DNA of 64,000 nt from Nitrospirota bacterium (GCA_963740085.1 CAVUCU010000001.1:1556636-1620635); one strand, 5' to 3'. Numbered from the stretch's first letter, positions 53,528-64,000 are shown. A program made the numbers and translations. Notes: generated from the letters alone by a model not told the origin.

Positions 53528-53665
53528 TTTTTACCACAGAGATCACAGAGGGCACAGAGTAGAGCGAGAAAAAAGAAACTGAAAAGTTGGGCCCATTCTT
53601 TTCGAAGTTTTTGAATGACTTCCCATTCCTTTCATATGCGTGCGTTCCTCTGAGTTCTCTGTGGT
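53528..53665. repeat. Hairpin insert with 9-nt periodic arms (CACAGAG family)
   Basis: AC CACAGAGAT CACAGAGGG CACAGAG ... CCTCTGAGT TCTCTGTGGT. Confidence 0.85.
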
Positions 53666-53684
53666 CAGCAGTCTTTTTCTGTTT

Positions 53685-54476
53685 TCATCTCAGCTTCAAC
53701 GACCCGATCGAGATCAGCGCCAGGATGATCCCGATGATCCAGAACCGCACAATGACCTTCGACTCCGGCCATCCGATCTGTTCAAAGTGGTGATGAATGG
53801 GCGCCATCCTGAAAATACGCTTGCCCGTCAGCTTGTATGATGCCACCTGCAGGGCCACCGAGACGGTCTCCATGACGAAAATGCCGCCCGTGACGACCAG
53901 AATAAGCTCGTGTTTAGTCACTACTGCCAGCGTGCCGAGCGCACCGCCGAGCGAGAGCGATCCAACATCGCCCATGAACACCTCTGCAGGGTGCGTGTTG
54001 TACCACAGGAACCCGAGACTTGCACCTACCATGGCGCCACAGAATATGACGAGCTCGCCGCTCCCGGAAATATAGAGGATCTTCAGATAGTCGGCGATGA
54101 TCTTGTTCCCGCCGAGATATACGATCACGGCATTCGCCGCGGCTGCGATACCCACGAGACCAATGGCCAGACCATCCAGGCCATCGGTGAGGTTCACTGC
54201 GTTCGACGACCCCACCATGACCACGGCAACAAACGGGATGTAAAACCAGCCCAGGTTAAGCAGGAAACTTTTCATGAAAGGCACGGAAAGGTAGGTCGCC
54301 TCGCGGTCGCCGGAATATTTAAAGAGGAATATCCCGACCACGAGCGATGCCGCGACCTGAAGCCCGAACTTCTGATATGCCCGGAGCCCGGTGGATTGCT
54401 TCTTCACCACCTTCAGGTAGTCATCCCAGAAACCGATGCCGCCGAAGGCGAGCGTGGCGAAGAGCACCACCCATAC
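53685..54476 (-). CDS. mraY: Phospho-MurNAc-pentapeptide transferase, 5' part lost at the junction
   Basis: GFWDDY, NAVNLTDGLDGL, FMGDVGS, MAPIHHHFE; the N-terminal part including the TPTMGG motif is absent. Confidence 0.95.
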   Translation of the reverse strand, partial: VWVVLFATLAFGGIGFWDDYLKVVKKQSTGLRAYQKFGLQVAASLVVGIFLFKYSGDREATYLSVPFMKSFLLNLGWFYIPFVAVVMVGSSNAVNLTDGLDGLAIGLVGIAAAANAVIVYLGGNKIIADYLKILYISGSGELVIFCGAMVGASLGFLWYNTHPAEVFMGDVGSLSLGGALGTLAVVTKHELILVVTGGIFVMETVSVALQVASYKLTGKRIFRMAPIHHHFEQIGWPESKVIVRFWIIGIILALISIGSLKLR

Positions 54477-54769
54477 ACGATCAGCGGGGAACGGGGACTG
54501 CCGAAGATCGCGTCGTTCAGACCGAGGATCTCGCCGGGGTCCTTTCCGTCGCGGATGCCTTCGATGAACTCGGCGATGTGGGCGGTGCTGAACCCCCTGC
54601 CCAGCAGCCCGGTGATCGTCTCCAGCTGAGCCAGGTGATGATCGGCGAAGTACGCCGCGCGCCCCTGTCGGCGCGGCGGGTCAAGCAACCCACGCTCGCG
54701 GTAGGCACGGATGTTGCGCTCGCTGACACCCGAGCGCGCCGCCAGTTCCGCCAGCCGATAGTCAGCCAA
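54477..54769 (-). CDS. MerR-family regulator, truncated at the junction
   Basis: YRLAELAARSGVSERNIRAYRERGLLDPP; high-GC codon usage; reads out of frame into mraY DNA. Confidence 0.85.
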
Positions 54770-54987
54770 TCCGCCACTGCTCCATGCTCAGATCAGACAT
54801 CTGGGCGCGGCAGGCCCGCAATCATTTCCTTCAACGCCGTGGCACCCTGGAAGGCGGTTGAACAGACGAACCTTCCTCCACTGTACGCCACAAGCCGTTG
54901 ACCAGCAAACAAATTTTCTGACCGTCGAAGATGGCACCGCTGGTCGTGATTGGGTCTGAGAGGCCGCGGTGCGCGACGATGTATCGA

Positions 54988-56257
54988 GTGCGCGCATGGA
55001 TCATCTGGTCAGCGGGACTACTCGCCTATATCGTCGCCGTCCTGAACCGGACCACCTGGGGGTATCCGGTCTGAGCGCCGCCGACCGCTTCTCCGCCAGC
55101 CCCGGCGTGTTGTCGGCGTTCGTCGTGCTGCAGGTCGTGGTCTACGCCGGCGCTCAGGTACCTGCCGGTGTGCTGCTCGACCGTTACGGCTCGCGGGTCC
55201 TGATCGTCGCGGGTGCGGCGCTGATGGCCGCCGGGCAACTGACGCTGGCACTGACGGAGTCGCTGCCGTTGGCGATCGGCGCCCGCGCGGTCGTCGGCCT
55301 CGGCGACGCCATCACGTTCATCTCGGTGCTACGCCTGGTACCGCACTGGTTCCCGCCGCGGCAGGTGCCACTGCTGACCCAGTTGACCGGCATCTGCGGG
55401 CAAGTCGGCCAGGTGCTGTCCGCGATGCCGTTCCTCGCGTGCTGACGGCGCGGGCTGGGCGACGGCGTACGTGTCGGTGGCCGCGCTGGGCGCCCTGGTG
55501 ATGGTGCTGGCGTTCGCGGTGGTCCAGGACACCCCGCACGGTCGGGTCGTCGCAACGGAGACCATGACGGCGCGGGCCACGCTGGACAGCGTCAAGACGG
55601 TGTGGCTGAGACCCGGCACCCGGCTGGGGTTCTTCACCCACATGGGCACGCAGTTCTCGGTGACGGTGTTCGCCCTGATGTGGGGCGTGCCCTACCTGAT
55701 CGTGGCGCAGGGACAAGTCCACGGCGGCCGCGGGCGCATGCTGACCGTCTCGGTGGTGGCCGCCATCGCGGCGGGAATCGTGATCGGCATCTTCACGGGC
55801 CGGTTTCCGCACCGCCGTTCTGGCTGGTGTTGGCATCATCGCCAGCAACGTGTCGTCTGGACCGTGGTGCTCGCGCTCCCGGAACGCGCGCCGCTGTGGC
55901 TGCTGGTGGTGCTCATCGTCGTGATCTCCGTCGGCGGCCCGGATCGATGGTGGGCTTCGACTTCGCGCGCACCTTCAACCCGAGCGCCACCCTGGGCACC
56001 GCCCAGGGCATGGTCAACATGGGCGGTTCCTGGCCTCGCTGCTGGTCATGCAGGCGATGGGCGTGATCCTCGATGCCGCGGGGGCTACTCGTTCGACTCG
56101 TTCCGGCTGGCGTGGACGGTGCAGTACGCCGTCTGGGTCTCGCCGTCGTCGGCATCCTGATCACCCGGCGCAAGGCGCGCCGGCTGCTGCGGACCGAAGA
56201 GGAGCAACGAACGCGAGCTGCTGGAGACCTTCGATCTCCGCGGCGGCGGTCACGTGA
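54988..56257 (+). CDS. MFS transporter (several frameshifts)
   Basis: GTG start MRAWIIWSAGLLAYIVAVLNRT; GVLLDRYGSR; LGTAQGMVNMGG; pieces lie in several frames. Confidence 0.8.
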
Positions 56258-57517
56258 CCTTCGTCGACCTGCTGGCCATCACCGCGGCTGGCGTGCCGGT
56301 GCCCGACGATTTCGAAGCCGACCACCGTCACCACCGGGGCCAGCGTGGCGATCAGGAGACACACCGTCATCGGCACACCCGCGGCAGCGGCAGCCACCGC
56401 CGCCACCAGGACGCAGCCCGTCAGCCCGGCCAGCAGCACGTGGAACCATCCCACCTTCGCCATCAGCCCGTAGAGCACGAAGACCAGTGCGACGAGACTC
56501 CGACGGGGACGACGACCGTCAGCACCGTGCCCACCGCACCGAGCTCGGAGTGGTCCTCGACGTAGTAGGCCGCCGTGTGCAGACCCGCGCCGGTCGCGAC
56601 GATCGCCCCGAAGACCGCGATGTGCAGATAGCCGAACGAGAACGAACTCTCACGGTGGGCGTGCAGCAGGTCGGCGGCAGGCACCGCGAAGTAGATCCAC
56701 CACATGCCGAACGTCAGCCCGATGCCCGCGATCGCGAGCAGGATGGCGTCGGTCGTCCAGCCGTGCTCCTCCACGACCGCGGTCAGCGAGGCGACGGTGC
56801 CGACCACGCCCTCACCGAGGGCGATGATGGCCAGCAGCCCGTAGCGCTCGGCGATGTGGTGCGCATGCCACGGCGTGCCGCCCCTGCGGGTCTCGGCCAG
56901 CCACGGCCCGAGCCTCGGCCAGCCCCAACACGACGAACACGGCCAAGCCGACGGGCACGGTCACCGGCAGGAAGATCACTGCGATCCAGCCGATCTGCAC
57001 GACGGTGATCACACCCGCGTAGGTCAGGCAGGCCGACTGTGGGGCGGATCCTGCCGGGCGGCGCGCAGCCACTGCGCCACCATCGCGACGCGCATCACCA
57101 CGTAGCCGGCGACCAATACCGAGTTGTCGAGGTGTCCGCCGTGCTCGATGGAGGCGAAGAACGGCGGGATGCCCAGCGCCAGGATCAAGCACGCCGACCA
57201 TCTGAACCATCGTCAGAACGCGGTAGATCCAGTCGTCGGTGTCATAGGCCGAGGCGAACCAGGTGAAGTTGATCCAGGCCCAGCAGACGGCGAAGGTCGC
57301 GAACAGGAACCCCGTCAGCCCCACGCCGACGTGGCCGGCGGCCATCGGATGTGACAGCTCCGATGCGGCGATGCCGAACGCGATCACGAACGTCAGGTCG
57401 AAGAGCAGTTCCAGTGGCGTCGCCGACCGGTGCGCTTCATGGGGATCGCGGCCCGACCATCCGGGTGAGGCGATGTGCGCGCACCATGCCCTTCGTTCCC
57501 GGCACTAAGTCACTCAT
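56250..57517 (-). CDS. Low-temperature requirement protein A (LtrA) family (several frameshifts)
   Basis: ATPLELLFDLTFV, WAWINFTWFASAYDTDD, FGMWWIYF, FGYLH; ends approximate. Confidence 0.85.
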
Positions 57518-57559
57518 ACTTGGCGTCACTCATACTCGGCGTCACTCATACTCACTCAT
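57509..57559. repeat. 16-bp tandem repeat at the ltrA start
   Basis: GTCACTCATACTTGGC, GTCACTCATACTCGGC, GTCACTCATACT, CACTCAT. Confidence 0.85.
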
Positions 57560-57669
57560 CCAAGCCCGCCTTCCCGACATGACGATTCAGGCGGTGACCG
57601 TACCGGGCCGGGCTTCGCCCCGCTACACGCCTCGCAGACCGCGGCGGGCCGGCGCGCTAGCGTGAGCGG

Positions 57670-58447
57670 ATGCGCGCATCCGGCGGGCCCGCGGCGGTGG
57701 GGGTCGTGTTGGCCGCAGGGATGGGCACTCGCGTCGGCGCCGACGGCAACAAGGCCTATCTACCGCTGGCGGGCCGCAGCATGGTGTCGTGGTCGGTGCG
57801 CGCCGTGGCCGCCACCCCCGAGATCGACCGGACGGTCCTGGTGTTCCGGCGCGGCGAACGCACCATCGCCGAACGCATGCTCGAGACCGAAGTCCGATCG
57901 CACGCCGTCGAACTCGTCGAGGGTGGCGACACGCGGCACGGCTCGGAGTTCAACGTCCTGCGTCACCTGTCGGCCGACATCGAGTCGGGCGGCGTCGACG
58001 TCGTGCTCATCCACGATGCCGCCCGCCCGCTCGCGGGGCCGGAACTGATGCGCAGCCGCACTGTCGACCGCGCGCGAGTTCGGCGGCGCCATTCCCGGTG
58101 TGCCCGCCGGCGACGTCGTCGCAGCCGCCGACGACGGGTCGCTGACGCATGCCGCGGGGATCATGGTGCGGGTGCAGACACCCCAGGCGTTTCGCGCGCT
58201 GCCGCTTCTCGCGGCGTACCGGGACGCCGAAGTCGAGGGTTTCGACGGCACCGACACCTCGGCCTGCGTGCAGCGTTTCACCGACGTCGACGTCCACGTG
58301 TTCCCCGGCGCGGCGACCAACCTCAAGGTGACGTTCGCGCACGACGTACGGGTCGCCGCCCACCTGCTGGACGGGGGGTCAGTCGAGCCGCTGCGCGGCG
58401 ATGATCGCCTCCAGCAGCGGGCCGTCGGTGGGCAGGTCGACGAGTAG
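57670..58447 (+). CDS. IspD/TarI-family cytidylyltransferase (frameshift near 58055)
   Basis: VLAAGMGTRVG, NKAYL, IHDAARP; then VQTPQAF, TDT, NLKVT. Confidence 0.85.
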
Positions 58448-59083
58448 CCCGTCGGCGTCACCGTCGACGGTCAGGACCGGTGTGAGGCTACTCAGCGCGG
58501 CGAGGAACTCGTCGCCGTCTCCTAGCAGCTGGGACAGTGCCGCCAGCTCGTAGCCGCGGGGGTACTGGACCGACCGCAACGTGGCGCGGTCGATGGTGCC
58601 CACGACGGACCCTGCGCCGTCGGTCTCCTTGACCGTGTCCGTCATCGGCAGGACCGGCACCACGACGGAATGCCCCGCGTCGAGACCCGAGAGCACCCGG
58701 TCGGTCACCTCCGGGCCGGCGAGCGGGCACCTGTGGTCTGCGACGAGTACCCGCGACGACGGAGGCGATTGCCTGCCGAGGTATTCCAGCCCTGCCGCCA
58801 GGCAGTCACTCCGCCCGGCAGGCGCCTCGCAGGTCGCCAGAACACGGCCGACAGCCCCGCGGCGTCCAACACGGAGCGCACCTCGCCGGCGAGAGGCCCG
58901 ACGCGGCGACGACGATCCGGTCGCGGGTATCCGGCCGGGGCCGAGAAGCGAGCGCACCACCCGGACCACGGCCGGGTCGCCCGCCACGGTGGCGAGGGCC
59001 GACTGGGCTCGGCCGTCGCATCCAGGGGCACGATCGCGCCGGGAGGGCCGTGAAGGTCCACCGTGGGTTTCATCGGGCCGCAC
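58379..59083 (-). CDS. Degenerate IspD-like protein (5' region uncertain)
   Basis: VPVLPMTDTVK, IDRATLRSVQYPRGY; lacks the N-terminal LAAG-G-R motif. Confidence 0.7.
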   Translation of the reverse strand: MRPDETHGGPSRPSRRDRAPGCDGRAQSALATVAGDPAVVRVVRSLLGPGRIPATGSSSPRRASRRRGALRVGRRGAVGRVLATCEAPAGRSDCLAAGLEYLGRQSPPSSRVLVADHRCPLAGPEVTDRVLSGLDAGHSVVVPVLPMTDTVKETDGAGSVVGTIDRATLRSVQYPRGYELAALSQLLGDGDEFLAALSSLTPVLTVDGDADGLLVDLPTDGPLLEAIIAAQRLD

Positions 59084-59104
59084 GCCATCCGATTGGGGCG
59101 GCCA

Positions 59105-60106
59105 TCAGCGGAAGCGACGGCGGTATGCCGCCCAGTCCCAGGTGGCCAGGAAGTCCTCGGCCGCGACGTAGCCGTTGCGGAAGAGCGCCTCGACCTCGTC
59201 GTCGCCGATGTCGAAGTCGAGGAATCCGACGTCGGTCGAGTCGACCCGGATGGCTCGGGCGCTGACCCACGGTTGGTTGAGGTAGGCCTGGTCACGGCCG
59301 ACCAGCACGGTGGTGATCACGTCCTCGAGCAGATGCGGGGGGCCCAGGATGCGCAGCGCCGACAGCGCGGGAATCACCTTGTCGTTGCCGTCGGGCAGAT
59401 TCGGCAGCACCGTCACGCCGAAGGTGGGCCACCGTGGCTCCCTGCCGTCGGTGCGATCGAGCGAATCGATCGGGAAGTTCGACAGCAGGCCACCGTCGAC
59501 GAGTGTCGACGTCAGCCCGCTCGCGGCGGTCAGCGTCACCGGGCGGAAGACGAAGGGGATCGACATGGACGCACGTACCGCGTCGGCCACCTGTTGTTCG
59601 TCGGGGTCGAGTCCGTAGACGCGTCGGTAGTCCCAGGGCAGTCGTACCAGTTGCCCGGTCGTGACGTCCGCGACGGTCACGGCCAGCCGGTAGCGCTGGT
59701 CGACGGGAAGGTCGTCGTCGTCGATGGCGAGATCGCCGAAGGTGTGAACCCCGAGATCGGCGAGTTGACCGCGCATCCAGTCGTGCGCGTAGTCCCCCTG
59801 GTAGATGCCGGAGCCGCGCAGCAGCGCCAGCGACGGCCCGACGATGGGGAGGCGTTCCACCGGTCCGGGGTCGAGGAACTTGCGGTAGTCCAGTTGCAGC
59901 GCAAGGTCTTTCACCTGCGCGCCCGTCATCGAGCCGTGCTGGGCCACGGCCGCGACCACGGCGCCGACGATGGAACCCGCCGACGTACCCGACACCCGGT
60001 GGGGCGCATAGCCGGCATCCATGAGGGCGACGACCGCACCCACCAGGCCGATGCCCTTGACGCCACCGCCCGACAGGACGAGGTCGACCGGTTTGTTTCG
60101 TGTCAC
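59105..60106 (-). CDS. Patatin-like phospholipase
   Basis: LSGGGVKG, GTSAG nucleophile, DGG. Confidence 0.93.
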   Translation of the reverse strand: MTRNKPVDLVLSGGGVKGIGLVGAVVALMDAGYAPHRVSGTSAGSIVGAVVAAVAQHGSMTGAQVKDLALQLDYRKFLDPGPVERLPIVGPSLALLRGSGIYQGDYAHDWMRGQLADLGVHTFGDLAIDDDDLPVDQRYRLAVTVADVTTGQLVRLPWDYRRVYGLDPDEQQVADAVRASMSIPFVFRPVTLTAASGLTSTLVDGGLLSNFPIDSLDRTDGREPRWPTFGVTVLPNLPDGNDKVIPALSALRILGPPHLLEDVITTVLVGRDQAYLNQPWVSARAIRVDSTDVGFLDFDIGDDEVEALFRNGYVAAEDFLATWDWAAYRRRFR

Positions 60107-60149
60107 GTGGCGATTGTGGACCAGCGCGTCGACGCCCGGGCGTCGGGCA

Positions 60150-60806
60150 CTACACCGGGTCGAACGACGAGATGAGCCAGTTGCCGTCGACCTTGGTCAG
60201 ACCCACCTTGACGCTGCTCACGGTGAACGCCCCGTCCGGGTTCTCCTTGCTGGTGGTGGTCTGGTTGATGAAGACGAGCACTTCGGCCGAATCGGGCGTG
60301 ACATCGACCACCGCAGATCGGGCTACCTGCGCGGAGGTGTTGACGTTCTTCTCCTTGGCCGCCGGTGTGACGATGTCGTGCGTGAACTGCGTGTAGTACG
60401 TCAGGAACTCGCCGGTGAGGTGCGTCTTGGCGGACGCGAAGTCGGCATCCAGGCTGTCGGGCGAGTACGACAGCAGTGAGACCGTGCCATCGGTGGCCGC
60501 CTTCATCGCGGATTCGGCCACTGCAGCGTCGGTCGCACGGTCGGTCCGGAACTGGGTGAAGTAGACCAGTGCGGCGAAGGCGGCAGAGGCGACGAGCAGT
60601 GCCATGAGCGCGGCGGGGACCAGGATCTTCCTACCGCGAGCCGAGGCGCGACGTCGGGGCTTGGGCTCGGGAGTGTCGTCAGCCATCTCCGCGTCGGCGA
60701 CCGCCATGACCACCTGATCGTCCGCGGTGTCCTGCGGGGTGTCGTCCCCGGTGTCACGCGCGGCGTCCTGCCCGGCATCATCGGCGTCGATGTGGTCCTT
60801 GGTCAC
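60150..60806 (-). CDS. Mce-associated membrane protein
   Basis: Acidic N-terminus, single TM, LLSYSP, LTGEF, VLVFINQTT, WLISSFDPV. Confidence 0.88.
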   Translation of the reverse strand: MTKDHIDADDAGQDAARDTGDDTPQDTADDQVVMAVADAEMADDTPEPKPRRRASARGRKILVPAALMALLVASAAFAALVYFTQFRTDRATDAAVAESAMKAATDGTVSLLSYSPDSLDADFASAKTHLTGEFLTYYTQFTHDIVTPAAKEKNVNTSAQVARSAVVDVTPDSAEVLVFINQTTTSKENPDGAFTVSSVKVGLTKVDGNWLISSFDPV

Positions 60807-61690
60807 GGCACGAACTCGACTTTCGCCAGTTTGATCTGTCCACCGTCGCGGGCGACGTCGACGCTCAGTCGCCAGGATCGGGGCTGCTGTTCCTTGCTGG
60901 CCGCGTTGGACACCCTGGTGGTCACCGCAACCAGAAGGTTGGCGCTGTCATCCGTCATCGACTGCACCGCAACGGCGTTGACCGTCGCCTCGGTGACGAC
61001 CTTGGATTCCTTCGCCAGACCGGTGAAGTCCTCGACTTGGCTCTCGAAGTCCTGCCTGAACTCACCCGTGGTGTTGTCGAGGATTCGTTTGACGTCTTCC
61101 TCGGCACGGTTGAAGTCCAGCGACATCAATGTCACGACACCCTGCCGGCCGGCCGCGGCGAACTCCGCGGCGCGCTGTTCCTCTGCGACGACCTGGCCGT
61201 GGTGCCACAGCATGAAGCCGCCGGCGGCGAGGAAACCAAGGGTGACGATGATCGCCAGCGTGCCGGCAACGATCTTCAGCGGAACGCCGGGCAACCTCAG
61301 GCGTCTGCCGCGTACCGGCTCGTCGGCATCCTCGGGGTCCGCCGCAGTTTCGGTTTCGAGGGTGTCGGCCGGTTCGGCCTCCACGTTCTCTTCTACGCCC
61401 TCTTCCACGCCCTCTTCCACGCCCTCTTCCACGCCCTCTTCCGAGTCCTCCTTGGCAGCGACGGTTCCCTTCGACGGGGCGACGCTCGCGGCCGCGGCTT
61501 CTCTGCGGAGTCGGATGGCGCGCGCCCGGGCCCGTGCCGCGGCAGCGACGGCCTCCGCCTCCGCGGCCTCCGCATCGGCCTCCTCGGCCATGGCGAGCGC
61601 GTCGTCGGGCGTGGTCGGACCGTCGACGTCCCTGCTGACGCCTGTGGTCTCATCGTTGGCCACCGACGAGGTGCGCTTGCGGGGGGGCAT
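60803..61690 (-). CDS. Mce-associated membrane protein
   Basis: Start MPPRKR at 61690 (GGAGG RBS); AEAEAVAAAARARA, LMSLDF, PRSWRL, KVEFVP. Confidence 0.88.
   Translation of the reverse strand: MPPRKRTSSVANDETTGVSRDVDGPTTPDDALAMAEEADAEAAEAEAVAAAARARARAIRLRREAAAASVAPSKGTVAAKEDSEEGVEEGVEEGVEEGVEENVEAEPADTLETETAADPEDADEPVRGRRLRLPGVPLKIVAGTLAIIVTLGFLAAGGFMLWHHGQVVAEEQRAAEFAAAGRQGVVTLMSLDFNRAEEDVKRILDNTTGEFRQDFESQVEDFTGLAKESKVVTEATVNAVAVQSMTDDSANLLVAVTTRVSNAASKEQQPRSWRLSVDVARDGGQIKLAKVEFVP
61379..61442 (-). repeat. 12-bp in-frame tandem repeat encoding (EEGV)4-EENV
   Basis: CACGCCCTCTTC-type units on the plus strand. Confidence 0.85.
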
Positions 61691-61838
61691 GCGACCTCCT
61701 TCTTCTATCCGTAAAGCACTGCAGCCAAAGAGAATGGCGTTTTCGACTCTGACGTCGCCACGACGATACCCGATCCGAAGGTGGGCCTGTTTTACCCACT
61801 CTTCCTGCGGAAATACTGTTTTCCCGCGGTGTGGACGC

Positions 61839-63287
61839 TCAGGCCAACCGGTCCTTGGTGACCTTTCCCGTCGCGTTGGTTGGCAATTCGTCGAGGAACT
61901 GTACATACTTCGGCACCTTGAAACCGGCCATTCGCTGCCGACACCACTCGATCAACTCGTCCGTGCCGAGTTCGTCGACGTCGTCGCGCAGGACGACGAA
62001 GGCCTTGCCCACCTGACCCATCCGCTCATCCTCCACGCCGATCACCGCAGCCTGGGCGATCGAACGGTGCTCGAGGAGGAAGCCTTCGATCTCGGCGGGA
62101 TAGGCGTTGAACCCACCCACGATGAACATGTCCTTCTTGCGTCCGACGATGCGCAGCCTGCCCGTCTGGGTGAACTCGCCGAGGTCGCCAGTGTGCAGCC
62201 AGCCATCGGAGTCGATCGCCTCCGCCGTGGCCGCCGCGTCGTCGAGATAGCCCTGCATCACGCTGTAGCCGCGGACCAGCACCTCGCCGTCGTCGGCGAC
62301 ACGGACCTCGACGTCGGCACACGGGAGCCCGGCGGTGGTGGCGATGTCCTCGAACGAGTCCCCGGGGCGGGACAGCGTCACGTTGCCGGCCTCGGTCAGC
62401 CCATAGCCCGTCATCAGCGTCTGGAACGGAAGCTCGTCGTGTACGCGACGGATCAACTCGACGGGGATGTCCGCCGCGCCGGTGACCCCCGCCCGCAGGG
62501 TCGACAGGCTGTCCTTGTCCTTGACTGCCAACAGCGAGTGATACAGCGTCGGCGGTCCGGGCAAGATCGTGATCCGTTCGGCGGCAATGAGTTCGACCAC
62601 TGCATCGGCGTCGAAGACGGCCACCGGCAGCATGGTCGCACCGCGCAGGAACGACGCGACGAGGCCGGCCTTCAACCCGAAGGTGTGGAAGTACGGGTTG
62701 ATCATCAGGTAGCGGTCGCCCTCGCGCAGATCCGCGAGCGTCGCCCACTCTTCGTACATCCTCAGCGTCTGCCGGTGGTTCATCATCGCGCCCTTGGGCC
62801 TGCCGGTGGTGCCCGACGTGTAGATGACATCGGAGACCTCGTTCCCTTCGATGGCGCACTCGAACGGCGCACCATTGGCCAGGAAGTCCGATTTGAGGTC
62901 GATGGTCGGGACGTCCATCGCGACGCCGAAGTCCTCGCCCAGGAAACCCGTCTAGACCATGACCGCCTTCGCGCCGCTGCGCGCCACCACGTCGGCGGCC
63001 TCCTCGCCCTTGAACCGCGTGTTGACCGGGACCAGCACACCGCCCGCGGTCATGATCCCGAACGCGGCGACGATCCACTCGGCGGAGTTGGGCGCCCACA
63101 CCGCGACCCGGTCGCCCTTGCCGACGCCCAACTCGGTGAACGCACCCGAGGCCTTCCGGATACGTTCGGCGAGTTCGACGTAGGACAGTCGCAGCGCACC
63201 GTCGACGACCGCCTCGGCGTCACCGAACCGATCCGCTGCACTCAAGACCATCTCGGGGATGGTCCGCCAGCGTTGCTGGTACGTCAC
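61839..63287 (-). CDS. FadD3-like acyl-CoA ligase (frameshift near 62950)
   Basis: TIPEMV...RFGDAEAVVDG, YTSGTTGRPKG, GYGLTE, LHTGD, GGFNAYPAEIE; GTG overlaps the upstream stop. Confidence 0.88.
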
Positions 63288-64000
63288 ACCGTGACGAGGC
63301 GACTGAGGTTGCCGCCCATGATCTTCGCCTGGTCGTCGACGGAGAGATGCTCGAGCGCGTGCACGTAGTGGGTCGGATGTGCCAGGCCCTCGGGGTGCGG
63401 GTAGTCCGAGCCGTAGAGCACCTGGTCGACGCCGATCAGATTGATGAGGTCGTCGATACCCTCCTCGTAGAACGGGCTGACGTGGATGCGGTTCTTGATC
63501 TCCTCGATCGGGTTGCTCGGGAAGGCCTCCGGGGCCTTCTTCCAGACGTCGGCCATGTTGTCGAGCAACGGGAACATCCACTTCGACCCGGCCTCGATGA
63601 CGGCGACCTTCAGCGTCGGGAAGCGGAACAGCGCACCGTGAATCACCCAGGAGGCCACCGCATCCTGTACCGGGCGCCACTCGTTGAGCATGGACATCGC
63701 GTTGGTCTGGAACGGCAGCATCTCCTGGGCCGCGCCGTCCCACTCCGAGGTGTACCGGGAATAGCCGCTGTCGCTGGAGTGCATCGCGACGAGTACGTCG
63801 TGCTCGACGCACTTCTGCCAGAACGGGTCGAACTCGGGCAGCGCGAACGACCGTGGGCCGCGGAACCCCGGCACGGGCGCCGGACGGATCAGGATGACCC
63901 TGGCACCGCGCTTGACTGCCCACTCCAGCTCCTCGATGGCCTTGTCGACGATGGGCAGGGTGATCACAGGGGTGGTGAAGATGCGGTTCTGGTAGTTGAA
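63284..64000 (-). CDS. Amidohydrolase_2-family protein, 5' end off the window
   Basis: FDPFW, MHSSDSG, RFPTLK, YGSDYPHPEG, IMGGN. Confidence 0.9.
   Translation of the reverse strand, partial: FNYQNRIFTTPVITLPIVDKAIEELEWAVKRGARVILIRPAPVPGFRGPRSFALPEFDPFWQKCVEHDVLVAMHSSDSGYSRYTSEWDGAAQEMLPFQTNAMSMLNEWRPVQDAVASWVIHGALFRFPTLKVAVIEAGSKWMFPLLDNMADVWKKAPEAFPSNPIEEIKNRIHVSPFYEEGIDDLINLIGVDQVLYGSDYPHPEGLAHPTHYVHALEHLSVDDQAKIMGGNLSRLVTV

Noticed and set aside
61379-61442. EEGV repeat as a functional novelty
   Set aside because: In-frame low-complexity expansions are common in the disordered N-termini of Mce-associated proteins.
54477-64000. High-GC segment as a genomic island, and its frameshifts as programmed recoding
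   Set aside because: It has no mobility genes or att sites, it breaks essential mraY, and indels are scattered across unrelated genes, consistent with a low-accuracy foreign sequence.

Overview
The window joins two unrelated genomes. Bases 1 to about 54,477 come from a moderate-GC bacterium, probably Nitrospirota or a related deltaproteobacteria-like lineage (inferred from the dnaA-dnaN-gyrB-gyrA order without recF and from protein style). This part holds the replication-origin region, housekeeping genes, a decayed accessory island at about 27.2-32.2 kb and most of the dcw cluster. At about 54,477 mraY is cut and fused to a truncated MerR gene, and the rest is high-GC Mycobacteriaceae-like DNA with many indels; a chimeric assembly is the most likely explanation. 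Most notable observations: (1) periodic-arm hairpin inserts (7-, 8- or 9-nt tandem units followed by their reverse complement) in nearly every open intergenic gap of the gyr/dna and dcw operons, some supplying gene termini; (2) a split origin whose DnaA-trio/AT-rich unwinding module lies about 2.2 kb from dnaA among TusA/DsrE sulfur-relay genes; (3) two 57-bp attC-like sites that define integron-type cassettes beside an IS30-interrupted RelA/SpoT-domain pseudogene and a RAYT transposase remnant; (4) an unannotated 41-aa ORF and an N-terminally extended FtsZ. No tRNA, rRNA or CRISPR array was recognised. All protein calls come from motif recognition by eye, with no database search.
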